A stretch of 62,446 nt of DNA, the filler included, from Rhabdomonas costata (Eukaryota): assembly GCA_019059605.1 (NCBI GenBank). It is 33 parts of 33 records of this genome, joined end to end, with 100 filler letters (N's around TTAATTAATTAA, not from the genome) between each part and the next. Parts side by side here need not be neighbours in the genome. Positions count along the whole stretch, not along the records: positions 37,918 to 39,712 come from JAHMHO010008933.1; positions 39,813 to 41,605 come from JAHMHO010008934.1; positions 41,706 to 43,500 come from JAHMHO010008935.1; positions 43,601 to 45,395 come from JAHMHO010008936.1; positions 45,496 to 47,290 come from JAHMHO010008937.1; positions 47,391 to 49,185 come from JAHMHO010008938.1; positions 49,286 to 51,080 come from JAHMHO010008939.1; positions 51,181 to 52,975 come from JAHMHO010008940.1; 25 more parts are not named here. The stretch is one strand, 5' to 3'. The notes under the pieces were generated by a model. The model was given only the letters and a program-made list of their open reading frames with translations. It had not been told where the DNA came from and ran no database searches. This document shows, in pieces, positions 39,102 through 53,075 of the stretch. Within the stretch, counting starts at the first letter, position 1, and every line of letters begins with the position of its first letter. The position numbers were made by a program, and so were the translations under genes.

Positions 39102-42100
39102 GTGCCCCCCCAGTTTTCCCTGTGCGGCGCTTACCTTTCGGCTTCTTTGAGGAAACCTCCGTTTTTCTACCAACTCGCAAGGCAAGACAAGGGAACTGCA
39201 CCAAGTGATGCTATGGGCGCATCTGCGTCGCTTGTAGTCTCTGAGAATGGTTAGCCAGGAGGAAGGGTAGGGACACGTGTTACACAACAAAATGAACAAA
39301 TTCTGAATTGAAAGAGAAGGGAAAATCGCAGTTGTCGTCTTGGCGACCGGGGAGCCAGAATAAACAGCTGAGAGAGGTGCAAAGCAGAACGCCGCTTGAA
39401 ATCGCTGGTGAAAGTGAGTAGTGGGTGCCTTTTTTCTTTTCGGTCTTCGGCTCGTACATCCACATCATACTCCTCTCCGGCTTATGCCCTGTGCCTTGTG
39501 CGAAATGGGAGTTTAAAGTGAAAGGCACGGCCACCCTGCACGCCCCTACGTCCTGCTACCGGACCGGTTCGTATCTTCTACCAGTGATACTGAAAAATAA
39601 TCTCTTCAGTTGTCTCGGGCCGCCAGGTCGCACCTTCAGCCAGCCCCATCCTGCCGATCAACCCTTATCGCCACCTACCAATTCCGCCGACCTTCCTTCT
39701 CCCACACCCCCCNNNNNNNNNNNNNNNNNNNNNNNNNNNNNNNNNNNNNNNNNNNNTTAATTAATTAANNNNNNNNNNNNNNNNNNNNNNNNNNNNNNNN
39801 NNNNNNNNNNNNGGTGGGTTTTCAAAAGAGAATTAATGAGGTCAAAGGAGGTCGAATATGCGTCTTGACATTGACATTGACGACCAGAACCTTTTTTCAG
39901 TTTAGGGTGACTGCATTGTTGGCCTAGTGTTGAGAGGGGAAGGGTTGGGAAGGGGGGGCTTTGCGCACTAGGGAAGGCCCTTCTCAGCAAGCCAAGCCGA
40001 AGACGCTTGGCGAACATGGTATGTGGGCGGATAGTTGCGCGGGTGGTTGTGTCAATCTGCTCTCTACCGTGAAAACGAATTCTCGCGTTTTTCAGTTTTT
40101 TTGGAACTTAGAAGAACAAGATTGACCGAAGGCTTGTGGGGAAGTTCGAACAGGGCAGATGTGCCCCCAATTGTTGTTGTCAGAAATGCTAAAAGCCTCA
40201 CCGAAGAGACACCAAGTGGCTTTAAATATCTGTTCGCCCCTGTCTCTTTTGTGGTTTTGGGCATGGTTCGGGTTGGTGCACTGCTTTGACAGCCCTGGAC
40301 TTCATTCCCCTTCGCCCGGAGGACCTGAGGCACTGCCAGTTTGGAGCTTTTGTGGTGAGAGACTCCGGTCCCTCCAGACCTTCTCTTGAACTCTCTCAGG
40401 TGCCAGAGTAGGCCACTGGTATCCCTTACAGGCATCCCTTCGGAGATACACGTTTGCGACTCTGCCACAGTCATTTCTTTTTTTCTTTCTGGCCCCTGGT
40501 CAGAATTCCCTTTGGGAGGACGGGGTTTGATGACATCGGAAAGCTTCGGTGATCACTAATTTGAGTTTGAGAGGGAGGCTCGCTACCCCGTTACGTCAAC
40601 ATGGCCCTTCGAGAAAAGTATTAGCGCTGGTTCACTTGCCCCATTTCAAGAAATGAGATAGGGACCTTGTGTGGGTCGTTTGCACAGCAAATGATTTTTC
40701 CCGTCATATGTAAGATTTTCTAAGCATTTTTGTAATCATCCGGTCCGCGCTGACAAGGCGAGCGAGCAATTGCGTCCGATTCTGGAAGGACTTGAACTTC
40801 CAGAGCGGCCGTTGGGTGATGGGGCGTCGTTTGCGGTCATGGGTGTAAGCAGGGCATTTTCCCGCGCAGTGTCCCTTCTGTCGGTGTTGTACATTGACTC
40901 CCCTAGTTATGAATGTGGTTATCGCGGCTCGCAGTTGTCGTGCTGCTCGTGAGGTTTGTAATCACATGTACCGCACTCTCTTACGGAGGAGGCGGTCGTT
41001 CGCGTCCGACCCTCGGAAGCCTTTCAGCTGAGCTTCTGGTGCGGTTCTCCTCTTACCACCGCCCGGCCCTTCAGGCCGATGCCCTCAGCTTTGCCTCAGG
41101 AGGTCTCTTGCAGGGCTTGGCCACGGCAGGACCCGTTTCGCCAGTGCTGTGGAGGAGTTCCCCTGCCCCCCTCCTGCATGTCCGCTGGGAGGCCTCACTG
41201 TGCGGAGTGGCGGTGGTCCAGGGCCCGGAGAAGGCCGCGTTCTCGGACTGCGCGGTGGTCCGAGTGATGAACACCTCCGTGTCGTGTGGGCTTTCGTCCA
41301 TCTTGGAGAGGGTTAAGGCATGGTGCTGTTTCCATTTTCTTGTCATTGCCCTTGCCATTCGGTTCCGATCTCTTCCCTCCACCGTGCGTCAGCTCTGTTT
41401 ATTAGAAAGGTTCCATTATTTCGCTCACTTTGCGTGCTGTTTGGTCGCAATTGTTTTTTTTTTGAGAAATCCTTTCGTGCATTCCTTGTACAAAAGCAAG
41501 CAAGCTGTAGTACGAACCCAAGCCCAGTGAATGGAACCTAAGGACGACTTCTGGCCGTGCTTGCTTTTGTACAAGGAATGCACGAAAGGATTTCTCCAAA
41601 AAAAANNNNNNNNNNNNNNNNNNNNNNNNNNNNNNNNNNNNNNNNNNNNTTAATTAATTAANNNNNNNNNNNNNNNNNNNNNNNNNNNNNNNNNNNNNNN
41701 NNNNNGTTTTTTGGTTTGTCCTCTTTTCTTCGAAAAAAAACCGTTTGTGTTTAGTTGTGTTTAGTGCTCTTCCCCTTTCCGAACATCCGCTCTCGTCCTG
41801 GGTTCCTTTTTGTCACGTGTTTTTTTTCTGTCCCGGCTTCTCGCGCACATCTCAACATTCCACCGTCACTCTCGCTGATCATTGACATTGATCGGACATT
41901 GGACGGATAGGAAAGTAAAAATGTGGTGACACGAGTCTGGAAAACCTGGTTATTGCCTCCCAAGGTGGTGTTCTGATACGCTCTAAAAACGGCGCTGAAG
42001 GGTCCATAAAGGCGGGCATCTCTGACTGTTTATTGTGTACCCACGCTGGCGTCCAGGGCGTACAGCGCGTACCTGCGGACCAGGGCCGCAGAGGCGGATG

Positions 42101-44176
42101 CCTCACGCCGTGCTCACCGCCGTCTGCGCAGCACGAGCCCCTTCCAGGCACCCCCTCCCGTGATTTTTCCGCACCCGCCTTTGCCCTGCATCTCATTAAT
42201 GCATACATCTGCCCCCTGTTGTTTAACTCACTGCGTATCCCTCCAGCCTGAATCTGTGGTCCCAGTGGTCTGTAAGATGCCAGCATCTGGAGTGGAAAGC
42301 ACCAAGTGGAAAGGAATTCTCGACAATCCCCAAGTTAAGACTTTGCCATCACTGCACCTCCGAGGCTCGCTATGATCTGAGTCACCAAGCAGGTCGCCTT
42401 TCGCAGCCGACCAATGATCCACTTTGCCTCGAGGGATGTAGCAATTCTAATTCTTTTGTTTTTCTCCCTCTCCTTTCGAGGTGCGACTACTGAGTGGTAA
42501 TCCGTTAGTGGGTTAGTTTGGAATGTCCCAACTGTTTCACGGCGCCATCCCTATCGATGGTCACCGTTGCCTTTTGGCAGCGAAGCTCCGAGGAAAGCTC
42601 CCGTGGCCGTGGCCACCGCCGTGCCAGCTCTGCCTCGCGGCACCGCCGGCCCCTCTCCTCTCGGATGCTCCCCGCAGCCTCTTCCCCGCTGGGCGGCTCC
42701 GCCACTGGGTCCCACCGCCCGCTTTCTGCGGATGGCACCTCTTCCTGCTCCGCCCCCGCCGTGGGCGTGCTTTTGTTGGGGCCGCCGCCGGGTGAGCCCT
42801 CCCTAGGGCTGCACAATGACTGTCAGGCCAAGATGGGCGAGCTGCGGGGCGAGATCGAGCGGCTCAAGAGGTCTCTGAGGAGTCTGGTCATCGTGGTTGG
42901 CGACTTGCTTCAAGCGCGTAAATGGGCCGAAAAACTGGGTCTACAAAACTGCTCCAAGATGCAGATATCGTGTTTGCCCTGTCATGTGATACGAACACGC
43001 TTTCAGCACCTTCGTGCCAAAAGGAGAAACATAAGCAGAAGATTGGCCAATTTGGGGGACGTTGCTCCGTGAGCTGTTGTTTTTTCGTCTGCTTTCCGGA
43101 CTTGGCTTCAGTGGCTGTTGCGGTATCCTTTGCATCTGTTGCAATGGGCAGAATTTGTGGAAGCTGTTTACCTTGCGGGTGGGGCGTTTTGCAGGAAGGA
43201 ACAGGAACTGCGCGCGGCAGGAGAGGCTGCCCGACGGACAACTCCTCGGGCCTGAACCGTGGCCGCCTGTCCCTTGAGAGGGAGTGCGCGGTTGTGTGTG
43301 CATGGCTGACTTTGACAGAGCCTTGACAGAGGGCCTTGTCCCGCCCTCATCACCTCATTAGGATGTGCATGTTTAACAGCTCTGGTTGTAAAATTATATA
43401 CTCCTTGTGAACTCATCCCTTCCTTGGTGTGCGAAGTGCTGCCCTTTGCGTATCAAGGAAGGGATGAGTTCACAAGGAGTATATAATTTTACAACCCAAC
43501 NNNNNNNNNNNNNNNNNNNNNNNNNNNNNNNNNNNNNNNNNNNNTTAATTAATTAANNNNNNNNNNNNNNNNNNNNNNNNNNNNNNNNNNNNNNNNNNNN
43601 GGTGTGGTGTCTCCAATTGAAGCTGTTTGACACCAGCATCAACTAGTTCAAATTCATTTCCAACGATTGACATTTCGCAGATTCGTACTGACGTGGAGAT
43701 GCTTTCTGAAAGATCTCGTTTGCCCTGCATATACATCTTACTGCCGCGTTTTGGTTTCTTTTGAGAAGCAGCCGAGCGAACGTGACATAACGAATTCTAC
43801 ACAGTGAAACAACAGCTGGAAGTATCATTCCAAGTTACCAGCACTCCAACACCACCTTGTTACGCAAGATCCTTCCTCTATACTTTCTGATCCACTCTCG
43901 GCAAACATGACAAGCGTACATCAACTCTGGACGGGCACGCGAACTGCCAAACCACACATAAACACATCCTTGCATTACACTGGTTATGGCAGACCAAGGC
44001 AGGAGGTTAAGTGTACAGTTTCTTCAGTTTATGCTTGGGTGCTCATGACGACGGGGCTCCTACCATGGTGGCCTGGCCGTGCCCTGACTGGTTTGGGCTT
44101 CCGCGTCTAAGGCTGCGCAGATTCTCGAGCTGGGCCTGCAGACTATGGATTACCTGAATCCACAATAGCAAAAAAA

Positions 44177-44221
44177 AAGTAAGTAAGTAAGTAAGTAAGA
44201 AAGAAAGAAAGAAAGAAAGAA
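44177..44221. repeat. Compound microsatellite (AAGT)n(AAAG)n
   Basis: Direct reading; on the minus strand it forms the pyrimidine tract ahead of a probable exon (VIHSLQAQLENLRSLRR). Confidence 0.92.
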
Positions 44222-45495
44222 AAACCTCTCCTGACGTACCACACACCATAGGGGTACGAGGTGTCCACGCTTCATGGGGACGCTAGTGCAGGCCCGTCCA
44301 TAGGAGAGATGTGAGAGATGTGACTTCAGGTGGCCCACCGGTTGCTGGTTTAGAGTGGCTACGCTGATGGTGGTGGTAGAGTGAGACCGATGCTGCCGAT
44401 GTCAAACACCAAATTGAAGTGATAGGAGAGAGGGAGATGCACTAATCTCACCAGCGATGCCATCCACCCTTCACTGACGCCTTTCGGAGCGGGGGGGTGA
44501 GTCGCCGCATAAGAGGCAAAGGTCCATCTTCGTTTCACAGGTATTTAAAAAATTCTGCGAAGGACTGGAATGTGATCCCCGACCTCCCCATCATAAGTTG
44601 CTGACAAGAGTCCACATTGTCCACATTGACCTCCAAGACTTCCAAGAAGAGGCCTCTTCAGTGCAAATGCTCAGGGCCCGGGCTCATGGAATGGAGGGAG
44701 GGAGAGACAGTGAGAGAGAGTGTGTGTGTGCGCTCCGAATTCCAAGTCATCACTGCATCTCCTGTGAGCTTTGCTCGGGGCAGTCCTTCAGAGAGAAGGA
44801 CACACATTGTGCACTTGGCCAGGGTGACCTTTTTGTGGTTTAGACTCGCGTTTCTCTTCCCCCCGTTGGATCCCCCACCCTCGATGGGGCATGGGCCCAT
44901 CGGGCCTTACCGACTTCTCTGCCTACTCAACGCCTCGCAGCCTCTCGCTGCTCTCCCCTCCACTGCAGGGTTGTTGTATCCCTCGGGACCTACGACCGAT
45001 GGTGTACGCGGGGGCTTGGGAACCCTGAACCTTGACTGGCGCGTTCGGAGTACTCTTCACATCCGCACTCGTACACACCGGTTGGCCTGCAGGTCTCCCT
45101 TCCGGCATTGCGTGAGCCTGGGTGCTGCCTCTGCGTGAGGCACTCACGGATGCTATTGCCGGTAGACTTTCAGTCAGTGTGCTTCCCAGTGCTTCCCAGT
45201 GCTCCCCAGCAATCCTTCCCGCCTGGTTGGCCTGGTCGCCGTGGTCACTCCCCTCCCGGGCATCCGCTGCCATTCCTGGACGTCGATTCCATTCCCTCCT
45301 TCTCACGTTGCGCTTTTCCAGCTGCTCCTGTTCACCGCTGGGTGTCCCTTGGTTACCACGGCATCCGATCCACGTCTTCACTTACACCACCCCACNNNNN
45401 NNNNNNNNNNNNNNNNNNNNNNNNNNNNNNNNNNNNNNNTTAATTAATTAANNNNNNNNNNNNNNNNNNNNNNNNNNNNNNNNNNNNNNNNNNNN

Positions 45496-46470
45496 GTCTT
45501 CGGGGTTGTGTGTCGTCGTAGGTGGTGCTGGTGGTGCTTTGGTGCTTGGTGGGTTTGTTGGGTCGGTTTCTGTCGGAGATGTAGGTGCATTGGGCTTGCT
45601 GTATTTCATGGTGTGTTTGGTGTTGCGCTTGACGTGGCCTAGGTTTCGCTTGGTGGACTTGTTGCATGATGGGTTCTGTACGCTCTCTACGATGTTGGCC
45701 TTCCTGTTGGTGCTGGATCTGTCTGTGTCTGCTGCTGTGTTTCTGTCTCTGCTGCTACGTTCTTTCCTATCCGGCTTTGCACTCTCAAGTTGGTATCCAT
45801 GGGTTGGTATTGGTGTGGCTTTTGGCGTTGGGGCTCTCGCGTGTACGTGTGTTCTTGTTGTTGTTGGTGGTGGGGTGGTGCGTAGGGTATTGGAGTAGGA
45901 GTAGGTGGTTGGTGTTGGAGTGGAGGGTGGTTGTAGTGGAGTCGGAGGTTGTGCTGCTGGGGGTTTATGGAGTCGGTGTTGGAGCTGCTGCTGTTGCTGT
46001 AGGGGTTGGTGTTGGTGTTGGTTGTGGAGTCGGAGTGGGTGTTGCTGTTGGTGCCGATGCGGGTTGTGGTGTGGTTAGAGCTGGTGCTGTAGGTCGTGGA
46101 CGTCGTGGTGGCGGCGTTGGTGTTGGTGGTTCTGGTCTTGGAGGTTGTGGGGTGGATGGATGCGATGGAGTATTGGTGTGGCTGGTGGAGGTGTGGTGGA
46201 AGGCTGTGGTGTGGGCTGTGTGGAGGGCTGTGTGGGATGAGTCGGTGCGTGTGATTCTGGAGTGTGGGAGGGTGGGTGTGAGGGTTGGTGAGAGTGGAGG
46301 GTTGGTGGAAGTGAGTGCGTAGGGTGTGCATAGAGGTGTGAGTGGAGGGACGGTTTCTGGGGTGTGTGGAATTCTGGTGTGGGTGTTTGCCTTCGTGTCT
46401 GTGTCTCAGGGTTCGGCTTCTGTCTCTGCTTCTGTCCCAGTCGGGTTCTGTCTTCGGATTCGGATTAGCT
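45496..46470 (-). repeat. Strongly A/C-skewed (minus strand) low-complexity region, possibly a decayed retroelement ORF1
   Basis: Extreme G/T skew on the plus strand; translations are Thr/Pro/His-rich; no diagnostic domain seen. Confidence 0.35.
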
Positions 46471-49400
46471 GAAGTCCCACGGGAAAACAATGGGAGTAGG
46501 TAGCAAAACAATTCCGCTGCACAGGATATGACACACAATCATAATGACCACACAAAATGGCAACGATGATTCTCGATATGGATGCGGTCCGAAGCTTGAC
46601 AAACAACCAAAAACAGCAAGTCCCATCATTAAGGTGTGTCGGAACGTGGTTGCTCAACTAACACACGGCCCTGAGACGGAGTGAAAGAGGGTGAGCCATG
46701 CCAGCGCATGTGAAAGGGCTCGATTTCCAGAACTTCGTGCTGGGCTTCAGGCCCGGTATGCTGAATCTTACTTGCTTTAAAGAATACTTTGCTGACTTTG
46801 GTAGGAAGCGCAAGAAGGAACCAAACGAAACGCACATTGTAACCCAGTTTCCACTTCGGGTTGAAAGAGAGAGACGGTAATGCATGGAAGGAAGGTGTCT
46901 AAAAACTTGAAAAAGGCATGCAAATTGCACGAAAAGAATGGGAAATATTTACAACAATTCATTGGCCTAGTTTTCGGGTCAAATACGGTGGTTTTGTTGT
47001 GATGGGAGTTTTGGTCTAGCAAAAGGGTGTTTCCAATTGGATTCGTCGCATGTTCATGACCCACGGCGACTTGAGCCAGTCAACCACCACCACCACCGTA
47101 GGGTCATGGTTACCCTATCAGTAGTTGCAAGCGTGCCCGGCTAAGGGCGTAGGAACTGGCCTCCGCCCTTGAACGAGTGAATGTGTTCTTCCATCTGAGG
47201 ATGAACCACCAATGAAACTATTTGCCGAATAAATCTTCCCCGCAAGCCGAAACAGTAAAACAGTCTGCACAGCAAAACGAAACCACCCCCNNNNNNNNNN
47301 NNNNNNNNNNNNNNNNNNNNNNNNNNNNNNNNNNTTAATTAATTAANNNNNNNNNNNNNNNNNNNNNNNNNNNNNNNNNNNNNNNNNNNNGGTTGTGTGG
47401 ATAGATGTGTGCCGCCCGCATGTCGTCGCTCGTTTATCGGGTTCTTATGCGCAAAATAGCGGGCATTTGCCACAGGAATTGGAGGTCCCGAAGTTGCACT
47501 TTGCTTCTGACGCCATTGCCATGCGATGAGATGGCCGCGCCGAACGAACGTTTAGTTGTTAAAAATGCTTCGATTCTAAAGCCACGTTGGGCGTTCCCGG
47601 CGGCCTCCCGTCGACGGAGCCGCCCCCACCCGTCCCGGGTGATTTGTGTGTTGTGCGTTGGTGGGCTGGTGGGCGGGGGGTGTCTTTGTGTTGTTGCCCC
47701 GTTTGTTCTCTCGTGGACGTGCTTCCAAACAGGGCTTTTCTGTGACTTAGGGCTTTCGCGTTTTCGTTCATTTACGTGGGTAGGCGGTTCTTTTTCGAAG
47801 CCCCCATGATGAACAAACGGGATGAAAAGGTGGAGAAGTTGAATTTTATGGATCGCTAAGCCGCATGGAAGGAGTCAATTGGGACATTTTTTCGGTTTTG
47901 GACGTTCCACCTGCGAGTATAGGCGCGAAAAGCAAACGCGACGAAGTTGGCCATATGAACGTGCTTTCGACGAAACAAAATTAAGCGGGGAATTAACGTG
48001 CCATCTTATAGTTTCCCTTTCATTCCCGGCACGATGCCCCGGCCCCCGGCCCCATAGGCTTCCTTAGTATGGCTCGAAAACCCGCGGATTGAGCTGGTAC
48101 CCCCGCGCAAGGAGGAGAATCATAATAAAGTCAAAAACGATCAGCAACCACAAACCGCATTCACTCCGGGCGGTCACTATCATTTCTGTTGTGTGGCGCA
48201 GAAGTTAGCAAAATGAATCGACGTGTACACATTCGAAGCATGGCTGACGCCTAGTTGAAGAGTTTCCTCAGCCCTTAAGTCCCACCCGTGCAAGCGTGCA
48301 AAAAAAATGAAAATAAACCCACGTTCCATTCGTTAACTTTGCCACATACTCAGCACACAGCAGCGGATTCTATGCAAGGTATGCAGCCAGTCCCCGAGTT
48401 TGGGGTTTCGGCTGCACCAGAGAGACTCTCCTGCTCGGTCGCGCTGGCGGCTCCCACAGACCGTGCAGCTGTGGCACTGCTGTCAATCACAGGAAGATCC
48501 ATTCCCATGAACAGCCGAACGTGACGCAGCATTCCATACATCCATTTCGCGGTGGGGTAGGAGGACAGCTCCACTCGCAAAATCTTTTGAGAGGAGTTGG
48601 TGGGGTGCATGACACCATACACATGAAGGAAGTATATCACCCTTCCAAAGCGAAGGTACGCTAAGTCACCGAGAGGGTCCGGGATTCCTTTCATCCGTGT
48701 CCCAGAAAGGGCCAACAACTGGTCAAAAGCAAACGATTGTCGTTTGGAAGCAAACGGGTAAAAAAAGGTTTGGAAGGACAAATTCCGCACTTAGAAGGAA
48801 GCATAGATGCCAGATTCAGAAATTCGGTATGGAGAAAGCGAGTCTGTCATGACAGCGGCCAAGATGAAGTGGACAAATGCCCGTCACCTTCTTCAAGATT
48901 CTGGAGTCATACGAGAGACCAAACAAGAATAGGAGGCTGCTGCTGCTACCCGACAAGTGCTATCGGTGGTGTTTAGCCTGATATCATGCTATATTTTCGT
49001 CTGGCATGCTTCGAAATAAATGCTATGCTTGATTCTAATTTTCGTCAAAACGTTCCTTGGGTGTCTCCAAAAGGCCAGACCCTGGATCTTTTGCAAACCC
49101 GCCCCCCATAAAATCGGTATTTTCACAACTGTAAAGAGACCAAAATGAAAGCATCACTGGATTCACATTCAGAACACAATTCACANNNNNNNNNNNNNNN
49201 NNNNNNNNNNNNNNNNNNNNNNNNNNNNNTTAATTAATTAANNNNNNNNNNNNNNNNNNNNNNNNNNNNNNNNNNNNNNNNNNNNCCAAACTTTTTCTTT
49301 TAAAATGTCAACTAATTCCAATCGGCCAGGCAACCCAGCTGACATGGGAAGCAAAGAAAAGCCGAATGCATCTACAGTGCGAAGCAATCGGGAGCAGCAT

Positions 49401-50149
49401 TGGATCAGCGCAGTTCACCCCCCGATTAAGGAGTCTACCCTTTGGTATGGGCGTTTGTGTCCGGGTGTGCTGCGATAAGAACCTTGATTACGATTCCTTT
49501 CCAGTCTCTCTCCAGCACAGACATAAGGGCGACCAGCGCACACCGCACTCACAGGCGCACGAAGGACCAGATGACGGCCCAAACTCCCTTAACGCCCTGA
49601 GTTTTTCGCACATCATGTTGCAGGATGCCAGATGAGTGTTTCCTAAACGAGCGCTTCTTTCACAGTCACAGTGATGGCAGCATCAATGATGGCAAGTGTT
49701 CACCAGCACAGAGCAAAAAAAACACAACAATGCACAGTAGCAAAAACACCTGGCGATGCAGGAAATTATACAGGAAGGAATAAATCACAGAAAAAATAGC
49801 CAAGCAAGGCTTGTTTCGGTTCGTGCGGATCAATTTCGAGGGGTTCAAGGTTTCGAGGGGTAACGAGCATCCCATTGAGCATCTTGAAAGGAAGGCCCGG
49901 GGCATCTCAAAAGGAAGTGCAAGGGGTAGACAGACAAAGGACAGGCGGAAAAGAAGCAAAAAAAAAAAGAAGCAGGACAAACCAATTTTTTTCACCACCT
50001 CTGCTCAGCTTCAGAGTCCGAAAATGCCTGAGTTAGAGTGCACGTTTCGTTCAGCTCTGAATATTTTGCAGTGACCCAGTGACAATATCTCCATCTCAGC
50101 TGCGTTGCCCCCTTCCTTTGCTCATGATGCGTCCGTGTCGCTCTGCTAG

Positions 50150-50708
50150 CACCCGTCAAGTGGGCTGCGGCGATATGGCCACGGGTTTGGGCTGCTGTTT
50201 CCTGGACTAGAACTGCCCGCTGGGGTGGCCCAGGCGCTTGTCCGGGGCTTTGAGAGCGGGCAGGTCAGCGCGCAGGTGATGGCCCTGCTGGAGTATCGGG
50301 TGTTCCGGGGCAGCCTGCACGTCGAGCCCCAGGGAGGCCTACTGGCGGGGGCACCGGTGCCGGACCGCCATGCCTACTTGAGGTGCTGATTTGGCAATAG
50401 AAGATAAGTGGAGAAGAGGAGAGCCTCCTTCATTCTTTATTCAAAATGTTTTTATGCTAGTGAACTGTGCTCCGCTGCTGCTGTTCACCAGGTTACGACA
50501 CTTTCGTCTTGGACTGTACAGCCTCGTCCTCCCTCAGGGCTCCGTGGTTACGGAGTTTCTGCGGGCGGGCTACGAGGTTCACCGGTTTGAGCTCCCTGTG
50601 CCCCGGAGTGATCACTCGCTGGCCCTGCGGAGCATGGCTGAGGCTCGGCGGCTGCCGGTGGCGCAAAAGCTGGGGCTGATCTTCCGCTGGCTGGGCCTCC
50701 CTGGAGAG
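50150..50708 (+). CDS. Hypothetical protein, two probable exons; weak resemblance to the Spt20 domain
   Basis: YGHGFGL...ALVRGFESGQVSAQVMALL...GSVVTEF..HRFELP; GC-rich codons; donor position uncertain. Confidence 0.3.
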
Positions 50709-51180
50709 GTCCCGGCCTCGCTGTGCCACTGGATTGCCACCCAAACTCTCGGGAGCTGCGTTGCAGTATCGGCTCACCCTCACCCTGCCGACCTTTGTGA
50801 GCACTGTGTGGGTGGAAACTGCCGAGTGGTGAGTTGGCTGCCATGGATCTTCGCATTCCAGGGCTTTCTCCACCACTACTTAGCAGCTGAAGCCAACGGG
50901 CTTCACAGTGGAAGAGAACCTGAGGCCTCAGACATAGTCCGAATGGCTCTTCGCTGTTGTGTGGCGGCCTTGACGAAGGAGACTCAGACCTCTTCCTCGG
51001 TGAGTTGTGAAGATGAAGAGAGGTCCCCCGAAGAGATTCCGGAGTGCTGCAAGTGGCCTTGTTCCAGGCCGCCACACAACNNNNNNNNNNNNNNNNNNNN
51101 NNNNNNNNNNNNNNNNNNNNNNNNTTAATTAATTAANNNNNNNNNNNNNNNNNNNNNNNNNNNNNNNNNNNNNNNNNNNN

Positions 51181-51630
51181 GTGTTGGGGTTCCTGGGATT
51201 CTATTTGACGTACATGCAGAGCCAGCAGAGCCTGCGAGACATCGCGGAGGTGGACATGCAGGAGGCAGCGCAGAGTGTGATGAACGTGATTGTGTCGAAG
51301 TTTGACGTTGGTCACCTACTGAATTACGCGGAGTCGATGTACTTCCGGCAAGCAAGGCTTCGGATGGACAGTTTTGTGAATGCGATGAAGTATTGGTGGC
51401 CTTTGACGGTGCCGCACATGCTTGGTGTTTCTGACAGTTACTACGGGTCGACATTGATCTGGCCCGGGCTTCCTGGGCATGGGCGGCTGGTCTCCTTCAG
51501 CCCTGCGTCTGGATTGGTGCAGTTTATCTCGTTTAATGCTACGGTGTGCAACGACACGGTGAACTTTCCGGGGCAGCAACTGCAGGTGGACCCGGTTGCG
51601 GGTCCTACTCTTTTGAACCGTTCCACTTTT
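51181..51630 (+). CDS. Transmembrane helix plus extracellular sensor-like region (receptor nucleotide cyclase or kinase type), partial
   Basis: End of a TM helix (VLGFLGFYLTY) followed by a long amphipathic helix (SQQSLRDIAEVDMQEAAQSVMNVI) and SDSYYG; no catalytic domain on the contig. Confidence 0.4.
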
Positions 51631-52712
51631 TGCGACTTTTCAGCAATTGCAAAACATCCTGTTTTCCCTCACCCTTGCCTCCTCGGACATCTCACAGGAT
51701 GGTACTTGCATGCTTGGCGGCTCTGGCTTTGTATTTGGGTTGAGCCTCTGTGTCAAACTTGATGGGTGGCTTCTGGTCATACAAGTGCAAAAGCGGACGG
51801 CAGGGTCAACTCCATTCTTTTTGGTGATTGTGGATCCTAACAGCCGCAAGTATTCGAAAGTTGAGGCGAGGTTTTGTAATTGTTATTGTAAACCTTTCGA
51901 GGACCGCCCATGGAACCATCACACAGACTCAATCACGTTTCGCTGGAGCACCATTTTCCTAGAGGGTCTTTAGTTTCATCTCAGACTATTCTATGATTGC
52001 ATGAATTCTTCTTCGCAGAATGACCGGGGAATGGTGGTCTTTTTGGCCACCCTGGAGGAAGCTTCGCATAGGAATTCAGTGTTCCCTGCACTGTGTTGTT
52101 GGGGCCTAGCGACGCGTCTTTTGCGAGTTGCATACACTGGGGTACATGTGGTTGGCTTTTGCTTTCCGAAGGCCAACGCGTTAAAGGACCTCCTAACCCT
52201 TACCCCACCTGGACCGGATTCCATCTTCACGCGCAACGATGAGTTCTGATTTTGCCGGAACGTTTTCGAGCAAGTAGGGCCGTCTTGGTAAGTAAAATTT
52301 GCCTAAATTAGTTTTGCTTCTATCTTGCGGTGTGAAACCGATGCGCCTCGGCCCCTACTTTTGAATGAGCAAAGGAAGCATGCTCTGCGAGGCCGTGCTT
52401 GCATTAGTTGGAAGCCCTTTTGATGGCTCATTAATTTTCCGCTCTGCAATTCCGCTTGCGGGTTTGAGATGTCACCCACACCTGCTAGCGAGGAAGCTCG
52501 GGAAAGAAACCCGAGTCTCCCCCTAACCCCTCGACGTGAAGCGGGGAGGAACACTAACAGTACACCCCGGAACAGGCGACTGGTTATAGACTGCCATTCA
52601 CAACAATCTGGAAGGAATCTGGGTCATGTTCTCGCGAAACAACGATAATTACCGCGATGCTCCAGAGAAACGCAGGAAGCCATTCACCATTGGGAGGGTC
52701 GGATTCCCACGT

Positions 52713-52973
52713 TGGTGGTAACACAGTCGTCCGCAGTAGTGTGCCTGATGATATCAGCAAAAATATCCAGCTTGGAGAGGTTGCGGTTTGAGTGTTTCAT
52801 TGTTTCCCCTCACAGTTGTCAGCTGACAGCGTATGATTTGCCACTCTTAGCTTCACCCAACATGCCCTCATTTCTTGCAGGGTTGCGTTTAACTTCCCAA
52901 GCTATGTCGTCCATCAATGCTCCCGTTCCTAGGCAATGGACTATGACTGCTGCGGACGACTGTGTCACCACCA
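52713..52973. mobile_element. Candidate MITE with 28-bp imperfect terminal inverted repeats
   Basis: TGGTGGTAACACAGTCGTCCGCAGTAGT versus the reverse complement of 52946-52973 (2 mismatches), around about 205 nt of non-coding DNA. Confidence 0.45.
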
Positions 52974-53075
52974 CANNNNNNNNNNNNNNNNNNNNNNNNN
53001 NNNNNNNNNNNNNNNNNNNTTAATTAATTAANNNNNNNNNNNNNNNNNNNNNNNNNNNNNNNNNNNNNNNNNNNN

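Noticed and set aside
41464-41596. Perfect 39-bp inverted repeat
   Set aside because: Same contig-terminal fold-back pattern.
43384-43496. Perfect 43-bp inverted repeat
   Set aside because: Same contig-terminal fold-back pattern; not treated as a terminator or structured RNA.
45506-46538. Long ORFs of 218 and 283 aa in the track
   Set aside because: Explained by G/T skew suppressing stop codons; low-complexity translations.
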